The notes beneath the pieces are model-generated. The model was not told where the DNA came from. It did no database searches and saw nothing but the letters and a program-made list of their open reading frames with translations. From Octopus bimaculoides (lineage: Eukaryota), in contig NC_068997.1 of assembly GCF_001194135.2 (NCBI RefSeq), forward strand, positions 5,396,196-5,460,195: a stretch of DNA of 64,000 bases, written 5' to 3'. The stretch's first letter is position 1, and each line of letters opens with the position of its first letter. A program made the position numbers and the translations under genes. Below are positions 40,831 to 53,441 of the stretch, piece by piece.

Positions 40831-43639
40831 TATATATATATATGCATAAATGAGGACAGCTGTCAGTTTCTAGATCTTACTATCAGCTGTTAGATTTTCC
40901 ATATTAGGGCAAATAAATTATTCAACAATATGTCAAAACATGATAACCAATGGAACCATAATCATACAAAGTCTCAAGGTACACTTTTATACAAAATGAA
41001 TAAAGTAGTAAAAGCTAGTTCTGTGGAAATCATGTCATTTGATCAAAATCTTTCTTTGTCAGAGCCTAGTCTTAGTGCACCAATCTCACCCCCTAAACAC
41101 TTCAATCACACAAGACAGCTGGAATTCCAGGTGAAGGACAGGCATCTAATGTCAATCAGCCATCTATTATTTCGTTTCATTGTTAAACTCTGCTCTTGCT
41201 GGTTGACCTCTTAATCATCTTAACCTCCAGTCTCAAGCTATCATTAAAACCACCACCAGCAACAATAGCTAAATACATACCAATGCTGCAAGTGGTATTT
41301 TATTATTATTCATGCATGCTTTCATTGCACTACCAAGCACAGCTTTGTGGGTCTTGGATATGTGCTGTGGTTTGCGTTGGTGTCATTTTTACTGTATAAA
41401 AAGTGCTCTACATTAACATGGGCTATGTCTAATATGCCTAGACATCTTTTATGTTATCAAATATTCTAACAATTTGGAAAATATTTAACAAAATGTTTGG
41501 ATAACAAGTCTATCATTTAACCTTAACTAGAACAGCAATGATGTAGTTTGACTAGAATCTAGTTGTATGTTTCTGAAAATAACTGATAAATGATGTTTAT
41601 GAATGGCTAGTGACGAAATATTTAAACAATAGTGCTGTCACATTTTATTAAAGTGGAGGGGGAAGCACAGACAGACAGAGGGTACTGCTTCACAAATGTT
41701 TAAAATAGGAACAGAAAGAGACTTTGGTGCGATAAGCTGGGATAATCTGAAACAAATTGACAAGAGTTCTTACTTGCCCTTATAATAAAGGATAGTCCTA
41801 GACATTGGCACACAGCCCACCCAATCACCTTTCCACTATACCCCTCTGCTGTTATAATTCCTTCCCTGACAGAAATTCCTTCCATTTCCCTTGTTCTTTG
41901 CCATAGTGCTTCTCAATAAGTGACTCCTACTGTTACCACCCTTTGTAACTAAAAATCTGTTCCCTCATTTTCTTTACCTACATTCATCATGCTTCTCCCC
42001 TTCCAAGAATCATCACCCACTCCCTCTTCTAATCTCCCTAGTTATAGGGGTCACTTTATGCCCTGAGCTTCATAAGTTACAAAGTGATCTTCACTAGTGC
42101 TGGTGCTATGAAAAAAGTACACAGCACACTCTGCAAAGTGGTTGGTGTTAGGGAGAGTATCCAGTCATGGAAACCAGGCCAAAGTAGATGTTAGAGCATA
42201 AAACAGTCCTTTGACTCATCTGTTCAAGTGTTTAACCCATGCCAGCATGGAAACCAGACAGATGATGGTAGCAAGATGCTATCTCCTGATGCATGGGAGG
42301 AAAGTAACTCCAAAAAAGATTTAACTCGGATCACAAGACCAATCTTAACCACGCTAACATAAAAAGCAGATACGAGAGAGAGAATGAGAGAAAGAGAGAA
42401 CTGGTTACATAACAGTTAAAGTTATTAATGTAATAATAATGGCTTTATATACAATTTCACAGTAGCAGTGAATGTAAGATAAGTGACTGTTGAGGAGTGT
42501 ATAATACTTGAAACTATAGTCTTGTCTAGTGGTTCCCAAACTGCAGTCCACGGACCACTAGTGGTCTGCAAAGGTAGTACCAGTAGGTGTCTCAAGCGTC
42601 TAAAAAATTAAACTTATAAATGCAACAAGAGATAAAAACGATATACCTCCTTCCCTACAGTAAAGTTTATTGGGCTGTAATGATGTGTACTTTGGATAAT
42701 ACTGTAATATTTAACTGAGTAAGGCAGAGAGCTGGTAGAATCATTACTGCACTGGGTAAAATGCTGAGCAGTATTTTGTCCGTCTTAATGTTCTGAGGTC
42801 AACTTTGCCTTTCATCCTTTCGGAGTTGATAAAATAAGTACCAGCTGAAGTCAATATAATCAACTTGCCCCTCCCTGGAAACTGCTGGCCTTGCACCAAA
42901 ATTTGAAACCAATATGTATAGTGAGTAACCACAAGTGTGCTCTGGAGAGCCATTAGGCCATTATGTAAGAGGAGTTGATATGAATTATTAACTATAAAAT
43001 GTAAAAACCAAATAATCTTGAATATATATGTGTAAACAACATGATTAGCTGTGAGTTTAATGAGGAAGTTGATGTACAAAGAGAATAAATATTAACCTCA
43101 ATGCCATTTATCATTGTTACAGAAGTGCCATTAAAAATGTTTGAGCATGATCCACTGGTTTGGCTTGATAAACTGATAATGGTAGCTGAAACCAACAAGT
43201 TGGTCAATGACTCTTTGCTAGGCAAGATGTACTAGAGCCAAAGAATCACAATATCAATACATACCACAACCACAGTTTGGTACAGAAGATACAAGACGGC
43301 CAAAGAAGAAAGTTAGTATATGATCATATGTTTTGTCACATAGGATAGGTGGGTACAGTAACTCCAGCTAAATACTATCACCTCTACAAACTTTAAATAA
43401 AAAAAAATGATATTCTATTTTGAAGGATAAGCTGAAACAACTAGGTCCCCAAATGAAACAGCAAAAATATTTCATAAGTACTTAAATTGATGGTTGGTGA
43501 CTCTGCAGTAAGTAAGATGACCCAACAGAGCAGTTTACTAATGATTCTGATATTGCTAGCATTACACTAAACTTCTCTGCATAGAAGAAACTTTGTTAAC
43601 TCTTACCTGTTGTAAGACTAACCAATATACAACTGTACA

Positions 43640-43920
43640 CAGTTTGAAGGACTGGGAATGGGAGGCAGGGTTAGCAATCCAATAACTCAAAAACATTTCC
43701 TGCTACGAAAACATCTTGGATCAGGGAGGTTAGCTGATTCAAGACAGAAAGAATAAGGATCTGCTTGAAAGGATTGATTGCACAGGATAGAAAAAACTGG
43801 AAGGACATATTGATGATGGACAGGAGGACAATGGAAGGAGGTACATTGCTGGTCAATGGTACATAAGACAAAGGGGAATGGAAGGACATATACTGAAGGT
43901 CTTTATGTTCTATAGGGCAA
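43640..43920 (+). mobile_element. Highly decayed RTE-like remnant
   Basis: Plus-strand KKLEGHIDDGQEDNGRR resembles the RTE W.GHI.R..DNRW motif; stops present. Confidence 0.45.
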
Positions 43921-46040
43921 GAGGAGGTGCTCTGCAAAAATATCAGCTAGAAATCTCTAATCAGCAAATTCTCTTTTATACAAAACCAAACGAAAACAAT
44001 TACAGTTCTTACTTATTCATATCAAGGATTTGATGTCTCTTATATACAGATTCTCTTCTACCACTCTTACACCAACTTATCCTCCATCATCATCTCCATC
44101 ACTTTCCTGCTTTCACAGATTTTCTACCATTCACTATCAACATTACTCCATCATACTTACAAGAAAAAAAGCAAAATAAAAACACCTGTACTATAAATAA
44201 AAATTCTTCAAATTTCTTATCACACACACACAGATATTTGGGTGTACAAACGAGAGAAAAGGTACTCACTACATGCAATAGAGTTTATTTATTTAAAGCT
44301 GAGAATTCACTTGGTCACTACCCCAAGTTTCTCTCGTGCATTTATTCAGAGAACTTAGGGTGACCAGTCAGTTTCAAACACACACACAGACAAGAGACGG
44401 ACAGACAAATATCCTGAGGTTATTTGTTCAAGAGTATAGCCAGATCACCTAAAACAAAGTACTTGGAGTATCAATACTGAATGTGAACAAATTTTATTAA
44501 AACAGTGAATTCAAGAAAACAACTTATGTTAGAAATTATAACTATAAAAAAGCATTGTCACTGCTGAAGTCTAGGTCTTTGGAATCTCAAATGCTATAAA
44601 CATGATAAATTATATTAATCACCATGTCACCACTATTTTTTTTTTCTTCTTTAAATGCTGTTAATTGTAGGAATTCAAATAGTTTTTTTGTTTTTTTTCA
44701 TAGTCAAAATATAAGACACTGCAAAAGAGAGAGAGGTGTGAACTATTTCAGTAAATTCTATATTTATAAAACAAAATATTTTACTCTGTCGTCTTAATGT
44801 ACTATGGTTCTTTTAGTCTATATTGTTGCATTACCTAACAAAAGTCAAATTACATCCTGCCATCTTTAAAAAAAAAAAGCAACAGAGCATATAGTCCTAG
44901 ATAGTGCAGTAAGCAAACATAGACAACATTACATTCCTGCCAACCCTCAACAAAGAAGAAAGAATAGCACTTGGTTGGTACTCATTTTCAGCTGAATAGA
45001 CTGGAGCAACATGATATGAAGTAGTTTTCTCAAAGACACAATGTTGGACTTGTGGGAGCTAAGTTCGATTCCTCCTACAAGAACAGCTACTATGTAACAT
45101 ATCAGATAGCATCAAATGAAAGTGTGATCTGTCTGGCATCAACTTAAAAGTGCAAAAACTGGAAAAAGTAGATCTTGGAATTTTCAGATTCAGTCAAAAA
45201 CTTCTCCAGTCATCAATATAATCAATAAAGGGATGAATTGGCAGAGACTGGGTATTGGATACAATGTTTTCTGGCATTTGTTTTGACTATCTGTGCTCCA
45301 AGTTCAAATCCTGTCCTTTCATCCTTTCAGAATCAACAAAATAAAATGACAGTCCAGGGTAGTGGAATGGTAGAATTAGGAGAGCATCAAGCAGGATGAT
45401 TTGTGGCATCTGATCTAGCTCTGTGTTCCAAGTTCAAATACCATCTTCAGTCACCAGCAAAATAAATAAATAGCCATCTGTGTATCACACTTAATGCATA
45501 CACATTCCAAGCAAATTATCTGTGGTATTCATCTGTGGATAATATCCCCAATAGATAAGGTGTTTAAAAACACAAAACTATCAGTAGAAGCTACAAAATC
45601 AATCAGCAGTAGCAGTGACAATGCTAGATGTATATTTCTGCCTTGTTAGGCTTTGTCCATAGCATACATCTAGCATTCTTACTACTACTACTGGACAATT
45701 GGAAATGGACACTACTTGCATGATGGTAGCACTCATTTACAATTATCACACAATGTCAAGGCAAAGAGACAATAGCATGCATGCACACACACACACACGT
45801 ATATGATGAGCTTCTTTCAGTTTCTGTCTAGCAAATCTACTCACAAAGATTTGGTCAAACCAAGGCTTTGGTAGAAGACATGTGCCCAAGTTGATATGCA
45901 GAGGAATATGTACATACATATATATTTAATATCATCTAAATAATTACCTCATAACATGTGGAACTCTGTTAGTGTATGCAGAATTTATATAAAAATTTAT
46001 AAAACAAGATGGAATGAACAGGCTTTCATCACCAATCATG

Positions 46041-46575
46041 ATTGCTTCTGTGCAATGGTAACAGTTGTCAGTTGCTGAGTTTTCCATATACTACTACATA
46101 AAATATATAAATAATCAAATATGATCCAGCAACACCTATGTACTGGCATATCATCAGGTGAGTGACTTTGACAGCTCTGCTGAATCATATTCAGTTTCCT
46201 CTCGTTTTATACCCCTTTCTATTTTTAGCATTTTCTCTATACCGAGTAACTTTGAGATTCAAATAGACATAAGTTATAAAAATACCAAATAAAGTAATGA
46301 CAGTAAAAAATTTAAAATATGTAATTTGAAAAATTAGCTAAAAATATGTAATTTATATTTCTAATACTTTACTGCCATTACTTTATTTGGTATTTTTATG
46401 ACTTGTGCCTATTCAAATCTATAAGTTACTTAGTATAGAAAGAATACTAAAAATACAATGGAGGTATAAAACAACGAGAAACTGAACATGATCCAGCAGT
46501 GCTATCAAAGCCACTCACCTTATGACATATGGAAAACTCAGTAACTAACAGCTGTTACCATTGCACAGAAACAAT
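46041..46575. mobile_element. Foldback/MITE-like element, ~210-bp imperfect inverted arms
   Basis: ATTGCTTCTGTGCAATGGTAACAG... / ...CTGTTACCATTGCACAGAAACAAT. Arms continue inward to about 46308 / 46367, with a ~60-bp extra segment in the left arm. Confidence 0.8.
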
Positions 46576-47629
46576 TGTTGTGATTCGTGATTAAAGTCTA
46601 TTCATTCCATATTGTTTTATAAATTTATAAATATATAAATCACACACATACACACATCATCAGCCTTATTTAATGTCCACTTTTCCATGCTTGTACGGGT
46701 CAAATAGAATTTGCTGAGACAGATTTTCTGTAGCTAGATGTCCTTCCTGTCATCAACCCTCACCTGTTTCCAAGCAAGTTAATATTTCCCATGGCCAGAC
46801 ATGCTTTTCATGAAAGACTGGAAATGAACATTGCTTGTATGGTGGTGATACTCATTTACAATCATCAGTTGATGTCATAATATAAGGGTATACATGAACA
46901 CACACACATGTATACATACATACATACATACATACATACATACATACTGGGCTTCTTTCAGTTTTCATCTACTAAATCTACTCACAAGGCCTTGGTCAGC
47001 CCAGAAGAGACTTGCTCAAGGTGCCATGGAGTGGAGATGAACCCAAGACCACATGACTGGGAAGCAAACTTCTTAACCACACAGCCATGTAGGATATGTA
47101 GGCGTACTGTGTGATTGCCTCTGAGCAAATATTTTGGAAGTCAAACATTTGTACAATTAATATTCAGTCTACTCTGCCTTACATTGATTCCATTTTTGAG
47201 TCTTAATCTTTTTGGATGTATGCTGTGAATTACACACACACACACACATTATATGAATCCTTGTATTTGAGTTGTTGTTTTGCCCTAGCTCAGCTCTAAT
47301 TCAGCAACCCTATAGTAGTCCAGCCACAACCATCCCATCCTATTTTTTTATATATTAAGGATAACATTGGCTTTAGTTCCCTTTTCAAGACTGTAGAGTG
47401 TAATTTTAAAGAAATTTCACTGTTATTTCTAGCATAATGAGCGAACATACAGCATCTCTTCCGATATTCATTTCCAAATTAGATTAAATTTCCTTTTTGA
47501 CTCATCCATCATGTAATCCTCTCCCTCCTTCCCTCTCTCTAGCACTCTTCTCCCCCTCTCTCTGCAGCACATTCCTCTTCCCCTCTCTCTCTGCTTCACA
47601 CTCCTCCCCCCCTCTCTCTGTTGCACACT

Positions 47630-48053
47630 CCTCCACCTCGGACTCTTCCACTTACTTTCTAAATTATGTCCTTCCTTCTGTCTTACCCCCTTCGATATGT
47701 ACTTTCATTTTACGTACCCCTCCCCTATCGATTTCCTCAACCGATTTTTTTCTGAATCTAAATCGAAAATAATAGAACAAAAGAAAGGAAAGAAGAAAAT
47801 AAAAAGAACTCTTTCTTCCCAGTTGTCGAAATATTATATGACACACACACAATTGCATTCATACATATATTTCTCCAGACACACTAGTTGCCTATGAAAA
47901 CGTTCAAAGACCCAAATACTCGGTGAACTACTACTACAGCATATATTTGATACAGCCACACACAAATGCACGGGGAGGGCGCAAGAGATAGAGTCAATAA
48001 TTGAAAATGATTAGGAATGCTAAAAAAACAAAGAAAAAAACTCCAATACATTT

Positions 48054-48089
<36 letters not shown>

Positions 48090-48906
48090 TGCAGTTGTCA
48101 TGGTTGGTGATCATAGCTCCGCTCGAACAGGGTTAAATACCAACTGCTATAGATAACAGCTAAACACTTTGCCAACCATGTCATCGCTCTACATGTTCTC
48201 AACTCCAGACGGTCAAGCCCGTAGCCATATCTACCAGACATAACTACACACCGTGTTACACGAGGGCCTCACCCACCCTAAAAAATAGAGAGGAGGCAGA
48301 AATCGTCAATAGAAATGTGGGCATTTAACCTCAATAGCTAAAGATAATTGGCATTTGACAAAGGACAACAAAGATGAATATATATGCGTGTGTTTAAGAA
48401 TACACACACCTCCTACCCCGTTTCAACCCTCTCTCCTTTCCATGTCAATAAAATCAACAGTTTTGCAGTGTGTGCATATGTACACACACACACACACACA
48501 CGATGATAGCTGTTGTTTCGGTAATTAACTGTTAACAACAACAGAAAATATTAATTCTAAGGAACAAAGAATGGATGGATGTAAATATCTGCATCAAATC
48601 TCTGTATAGAATATTAATGTTTAGCAAGTCCTTTTTTGACGTTGTTATTGAATATGTGTATATATATATAAAAACACAGCCTGCATTCCTACCCACTGTC
48701 GATAAATTTTGCCCTCCTACAGGTTAACGGATTCGGAGTCATTCCTTATCCTGAAAAACTGACTTACAAATATCACATACAATAGTATGTACAACTACTA
48801 CGATCTCCATCTATCTATCTATCACACAATACCGATGTGGATAGGAGCTGGTTTCTAACAAAGAAACGAAGCACCATCACTGAAATTTAGATAACAACGA
48901 TAGTCG

Positions 48907-48958
<52 letters not shown>

Positions 48959-49978
48959 TCATAAGTAAGGTCAGTGTGTGTGAGTCAATGGCTTCATTCC
49001 ATTGTTACTCGGAGTTTTCAAAAACGGGGTATATATTGATTGCAGATCCTTCAGACAGTATTTTGAAAGGTGAATATTGTCTGAAGGATGACAGCCACAT
49101 ATCTCCACCCTTTAAACTAACTCAGAGCGACGATGGTGAGAAATCCAGGTTGTCTTCCTATATATAAAGCTACTTCGCGAATGAATGAGTACTTTTTCTC
49201 CGTTTGTATACACACGCACATAAACAGGCACGTGTGTGTGTGTACACACATAAACATTCGACAAACGAAATATATTTTATAAATGGTTTGCATCCATAAA
49301 CTTTGAAAAAAATATCTAGAATATTCTTTGCAACAGGATAAACAACAAAATTAATTACATGAATTAATCAACAACCCAAGCACTACACACTAACCATTCT
49401 AAAGAATGAATGTGGGTGTGTACACACAAATATATAACAGTTCTTTTAAGACAAAGAGAACAAAAGAGGGGTGATAGTGATGGCATTATATCAAAACATC
49501 CTAGATTTCACATTTGTTGTTGTTTAGTCTAGGTCAACTCTAATCAAGCACAATTACGATCTCTTAACACTACATTATTTAATGTATCTTTCATTTCGTT
49601 AAGACAGCAAAGTATAAGTTAAAAGCAGTTAAGTTGCTACTTCTAGGAGGTCGAACGACTACATATCGGCTCCGTTGACCTGCTTGTCCGTGCGTGTGAA
49701 TACACACGTACATACACACACACACACACACACACATATGTCAATATATTCCCGATAATATACACTCGTCATTAAAATATGAGAAGAGATGGTAAAAATT
49801 ACATTATGTATACACGCTTTTCCACAGAATTGTCATTACATACTCTGCGCTATTCTTGTACAATTATATACACCCTTTTCCACATATGAAAACACTTCTC
49901 TACTATTATACTACTATTACTGTCTGGAATCATAACTGTTTATAATTTAGCATCCAACTACTAACTCTACAGAACAGA

Positions 49979-50071
<93 letters not shown>

Positions 50072-50560
50072 CACACAACATTATTCGAGATTTTAAACGG
50101 CGAAATTTTACAAAATTATCAAAGATTTTCCTATCGTTGAACAATAATTATTCCATATAAATTCTATCGATATAAAAAACATTCGCCAATGTTGTCTCAA
50201 AGAGGTAACAGACAAACCCGAATAAAACGAGCTATCTAGGTGATAAAATAGCAAAAATTTATTTCTAAAATATAAATGTATTTCTTCAAAAAAATAACAA
50301 CAGAAAGAGTATCACCAACAAAACAAAATATAGATTTTTTCCTTCTGTCTTCTTCTGCAAGATGCCAGCTACAAAGCAACGTCTCACAGAAACGAGGGCA
50401 AACAAAAAAACCTGTATGCAGACAACATCTTTACCCACATACCTCTTCAGCACGGCTCACTACCAAAAATAAATTACTATTCTACTGGGGTTGATTAAAA
50501 TAAGGTACCAGATATATACTAGGATGAATCAAATCAACTTAACCCCATCCCAAATGTTGT
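47630..50560. promoter_or_regulatory. CpG-undepleted domain, possibly an unmethylated promoter/enhancer
   Basis: By eye, CG dinucleotides are far more frequent here than in the HGS introns at 1.5-47 kb; not quantified. Confidence 0.45.
49980..50067. repeat. (TG)n microsatellite
   Basis: Uninterrupted TG run; many other (TA)n, (CA)n, (GA)n and (AAT)n tracts occur across the window. Confidence 0.97.
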
Positions 50561-52149
50561 GCCCCGCCGTCTATGTTAGAAATCTTTAATTGAATCAAGG
50601 TTGACTTGGTTTTCAATTGTGGTAGTGATGCAGTAAGAGTCTTTGGTAGATGTCAGTGATCTTACTCCAAATTTGTGGTCTTGTGCCAATGTAAGAAAAC
50701 ATAAGCCCACCTTCCACACAGAGTCGATAGCCTGGAGAGCCACACACATCACACAGTCACTAGACCAACCTACTAGAAATTGCAGCCAAATCTCCCTCAA
50801 ATCAAAACCTACCATATTTAAAATGGATAATGTAGTTGTAGATATACCATGTTTGAATAACAGACAGGATGGTCATGTCTAGAACGCCTTTGAGTATAAG
50901 TCTGCTCGATCAGATTTAACCTGAAACTACACTACCACTAATGTGCAACCACCACTGTTGTTAATCCTTGTTTGCTAAAACAGTAGATGATGCTGAACTA
51001 AAACTCACATTAACCAACCAATCCTTATGATTATTTAACAGTTATCATTGTCTCTCCTTGGAGGTAAAGATGATATTTGAACAGTCAAAGAATTATTGGG
51101 GACAAGCCGAGAGTTTACTTGCTCCCAATAAACTTTTTTAACAAATCCCCTAATGACCAGTGGAATTATGCTGTTAAACAACACTACTCCCTGGTTTAAA
51201 GTCTAGCCAATTCTTTTTAAATAATGGTAAAACAGTTACCTTTCATGATATGCATCAAATGTGTCCAACTGATTTATGTCAACTAAATTTGCTGGTGCTA
51301 TTATTTTAAGGTATGTTAGATTTATAATACATTTTTCATCATTTTTACTATTTATTAAGGTAATTGGCTGGCAGAATCATTAGCATGCCAGACAAAATGC
51401 TTGGCAACAGTTTTTCCAGCTCTTTATTTTCTGAGTTCATCATCCCCTTAGAATCTTCTCCCTGTTCATGTCTTCCTAGAGATAGTGACTTGCAGAACAT
51501 TAACATACAAACAGTGGCATAAATCCTACCCATCTTGAAATGCTTGCAAAGGTTGCAGGCATGTTCCCTTACTCCAAACTCAACACGTAAAATGAAACAA
51601 ACAGTAGAATCATAAGAGTGGCTTACACAGTTCTCCTCCAAGCCTTATTCAGATTTACACTTGGTACTTGAGACAACCTCTGGCATAGGAGCAAGTTCTT
51701 TCAAAGTTCAAATTCCAAACTATATATACACATAAATGATATGCAGTTTCTCTACTCTTAGAGTTTCATTTCAAAACTCAACATTATCTACTTTTCCATT
51801 CACCCACAATTAGCAATGATACACAGACAATGATACATTTAACTGCAGTTCTATTTACAACAGGCCTAGTTGTTTAGAAAAAAATATTTAAATACTGTAG
51901 CATTCACTGCTGATAACCAAGTCACTAGATTCATTTGTGCTAGTCATTGTAAATATTGTTTAGTAACACTGACCAAGCCTTCAACCAATAGCAGGTATGA
52001 CATATACCATATATAAGACAGACATTGCAAATGAGAAGTCAACTGTCTCTACCAATCCTGTGGCTCTTTATATTGTAAGATGATTCAGTTATATTGTTGC
52101 TTATCTCACATTCATACCATTTTAACAAAATATTACCCTTGGGTGCTTA

Positions 52150-53441
52150 CGAGGAGTGTATGAAAAGTTTTGAGCCTAACCTAGAAACGGGGCTGCTAGG
52201 TAGTTGAAACAATTTTTTCTGGTAAGTACAGTCTTTTTGGAGTATTCTTGCTCATTTTCATGATTCTGATATTTTAATTTTATTTGTTGCAGATTTCTGA
52301 ATAAACAAGTGTTGAGGTTACAAGGAAAATGGAGGAAACTGAGTATTGTGCTGTCATAAAGTACCCTCATTTGAAAGGCATGACTCCATCAGAAATCCAT
52401 GAAGATATGGTGAGAACCTTAACAGACAATGCTTCTTCATATGCAACAGTCAAATGCTGGGTAAATGAATTCCAGCGTGGCAGGGAGAGTGTGGAAGATG
52501 ATCCCACACCAAGGAGACCTCCAACTGCAACCACTGAGGACAACATTGACCTTGCTCTTGGTATGACAATGCAAGATCGTCGAATATCATGTCGTCAGAT
52601 AGCTGAGAGACTGGGCATCTCGACTGAAAGAGCAGACAACATTGTGACAAAAGAACTTGGGTTCTCAAAGGTTTCTGCAAGGTGGGTCCCTTGCCTTTGG
52701 ACTCCTGAACAGAACTGCACCATGTGCACTTTGTTCACAAGCAATCTGGAACTGTTTGAAGCCAATGAAGAGAATTTTCTTGCTCGTTTCATTACTATGG
52801 ACGAAAGTTGGGTTCATCACTACCAGCCTGAAACCAAAGAACAATCAAAGCAGTGGAAGCACACATCTTCTCCTACCCCAAGAAGGCCAGGGTCATTCTT
52901 TCAGCTGGCATGGTCATGGCATCAGTTTTTGGAGGTTCTCAAGGTGTCTTGCTGATCAATTACCTTGAAAAGGGTCACACCATGACAGGGCTGTATTATT
53001 CTCAGCTACTGAAACGCCTCCGAGAAGCAATCAAAGAAAAAAGACCGGGAATGCTCACCAGATGAGTCCTTTTTCATCACGACAATGCTCCAGCCCACAC
53101 CTCAGTGGTTGCCATGGCAACAATTCGTGATTGTGGATATGAACTTGTTCCCCATCCGCCTTATTCGCCAGACTTAGCCCCCTCTGACTTTCATCTATTC
53201 CCCAAAATGAAAAAAGCCCTGGCTGGTCACCATTTTACCAGTGACAATGACTTCATAGACGCTGTAGGAAGTTTATTGGAGTCTCAAACAAAAGAGTTCC
53301 TCTACGCCGGGATAATGGTGCTTCAGCACCGTTGGAGAAAGTATTCAGCCATCGAGGGGGACTATGTTGAAAAATAAATCATCAGAGGTCTTGTACTATG
53401 TTTTGTTTTTTTGAGGCTCAAGACTTTTCATACACCCTTCG
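52150..53441 (+). mobile_element. Near-intact mariner (DD34D; TIR resembles the irritans/Hsmar2 type)
   Basis: TA flanks at 52148-49 and 53442-43. 28-bp TIRs 25/28 identical (CGAGGAGTGTATGAAAAGTTTTGAGCCT). Transposase 52329-53377. Confidence 0.96.
52329..53377 (+). pseudogene. Mariner transposase pseudogene (one frameshift, one stop)
   Basis: Three adjacent ORF segments join into about 349 aa with TMDESW, HDNA and YSPDLAPSD (34 residues between D2 and D3). A 1-nt loss near 52875-52880 and a TGA at 53063-65. Confidence 0.95.

Noticed and set aside
40876-40901. Other short phase-1 ATG exon candidates (MENLTAD here; MKVHIEG near 47687-47708; MN near 60977-60983)
   Set aside because: No similarity to the conserved Hrs N-terminal helix, and such short ATG-donor pairs are expected by chance.
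43608-43932. Minus-strand exon bounded by ttttgcAG and GTAAGA
   Set aside because: All three frames contain stops and the sequence resembles an antisense RTE remnant; a UTR exon cannot be excluded but is unsupported.
49632-49665. HGS exon 1 look-alike (SFDLLEVAT on the minus strand)
   Set aside because: An in-frame TAG follows the ATG, there is no phase-1 donor, and the sequence matches the dispersed CTAGAAATAGCAGC repeat family.
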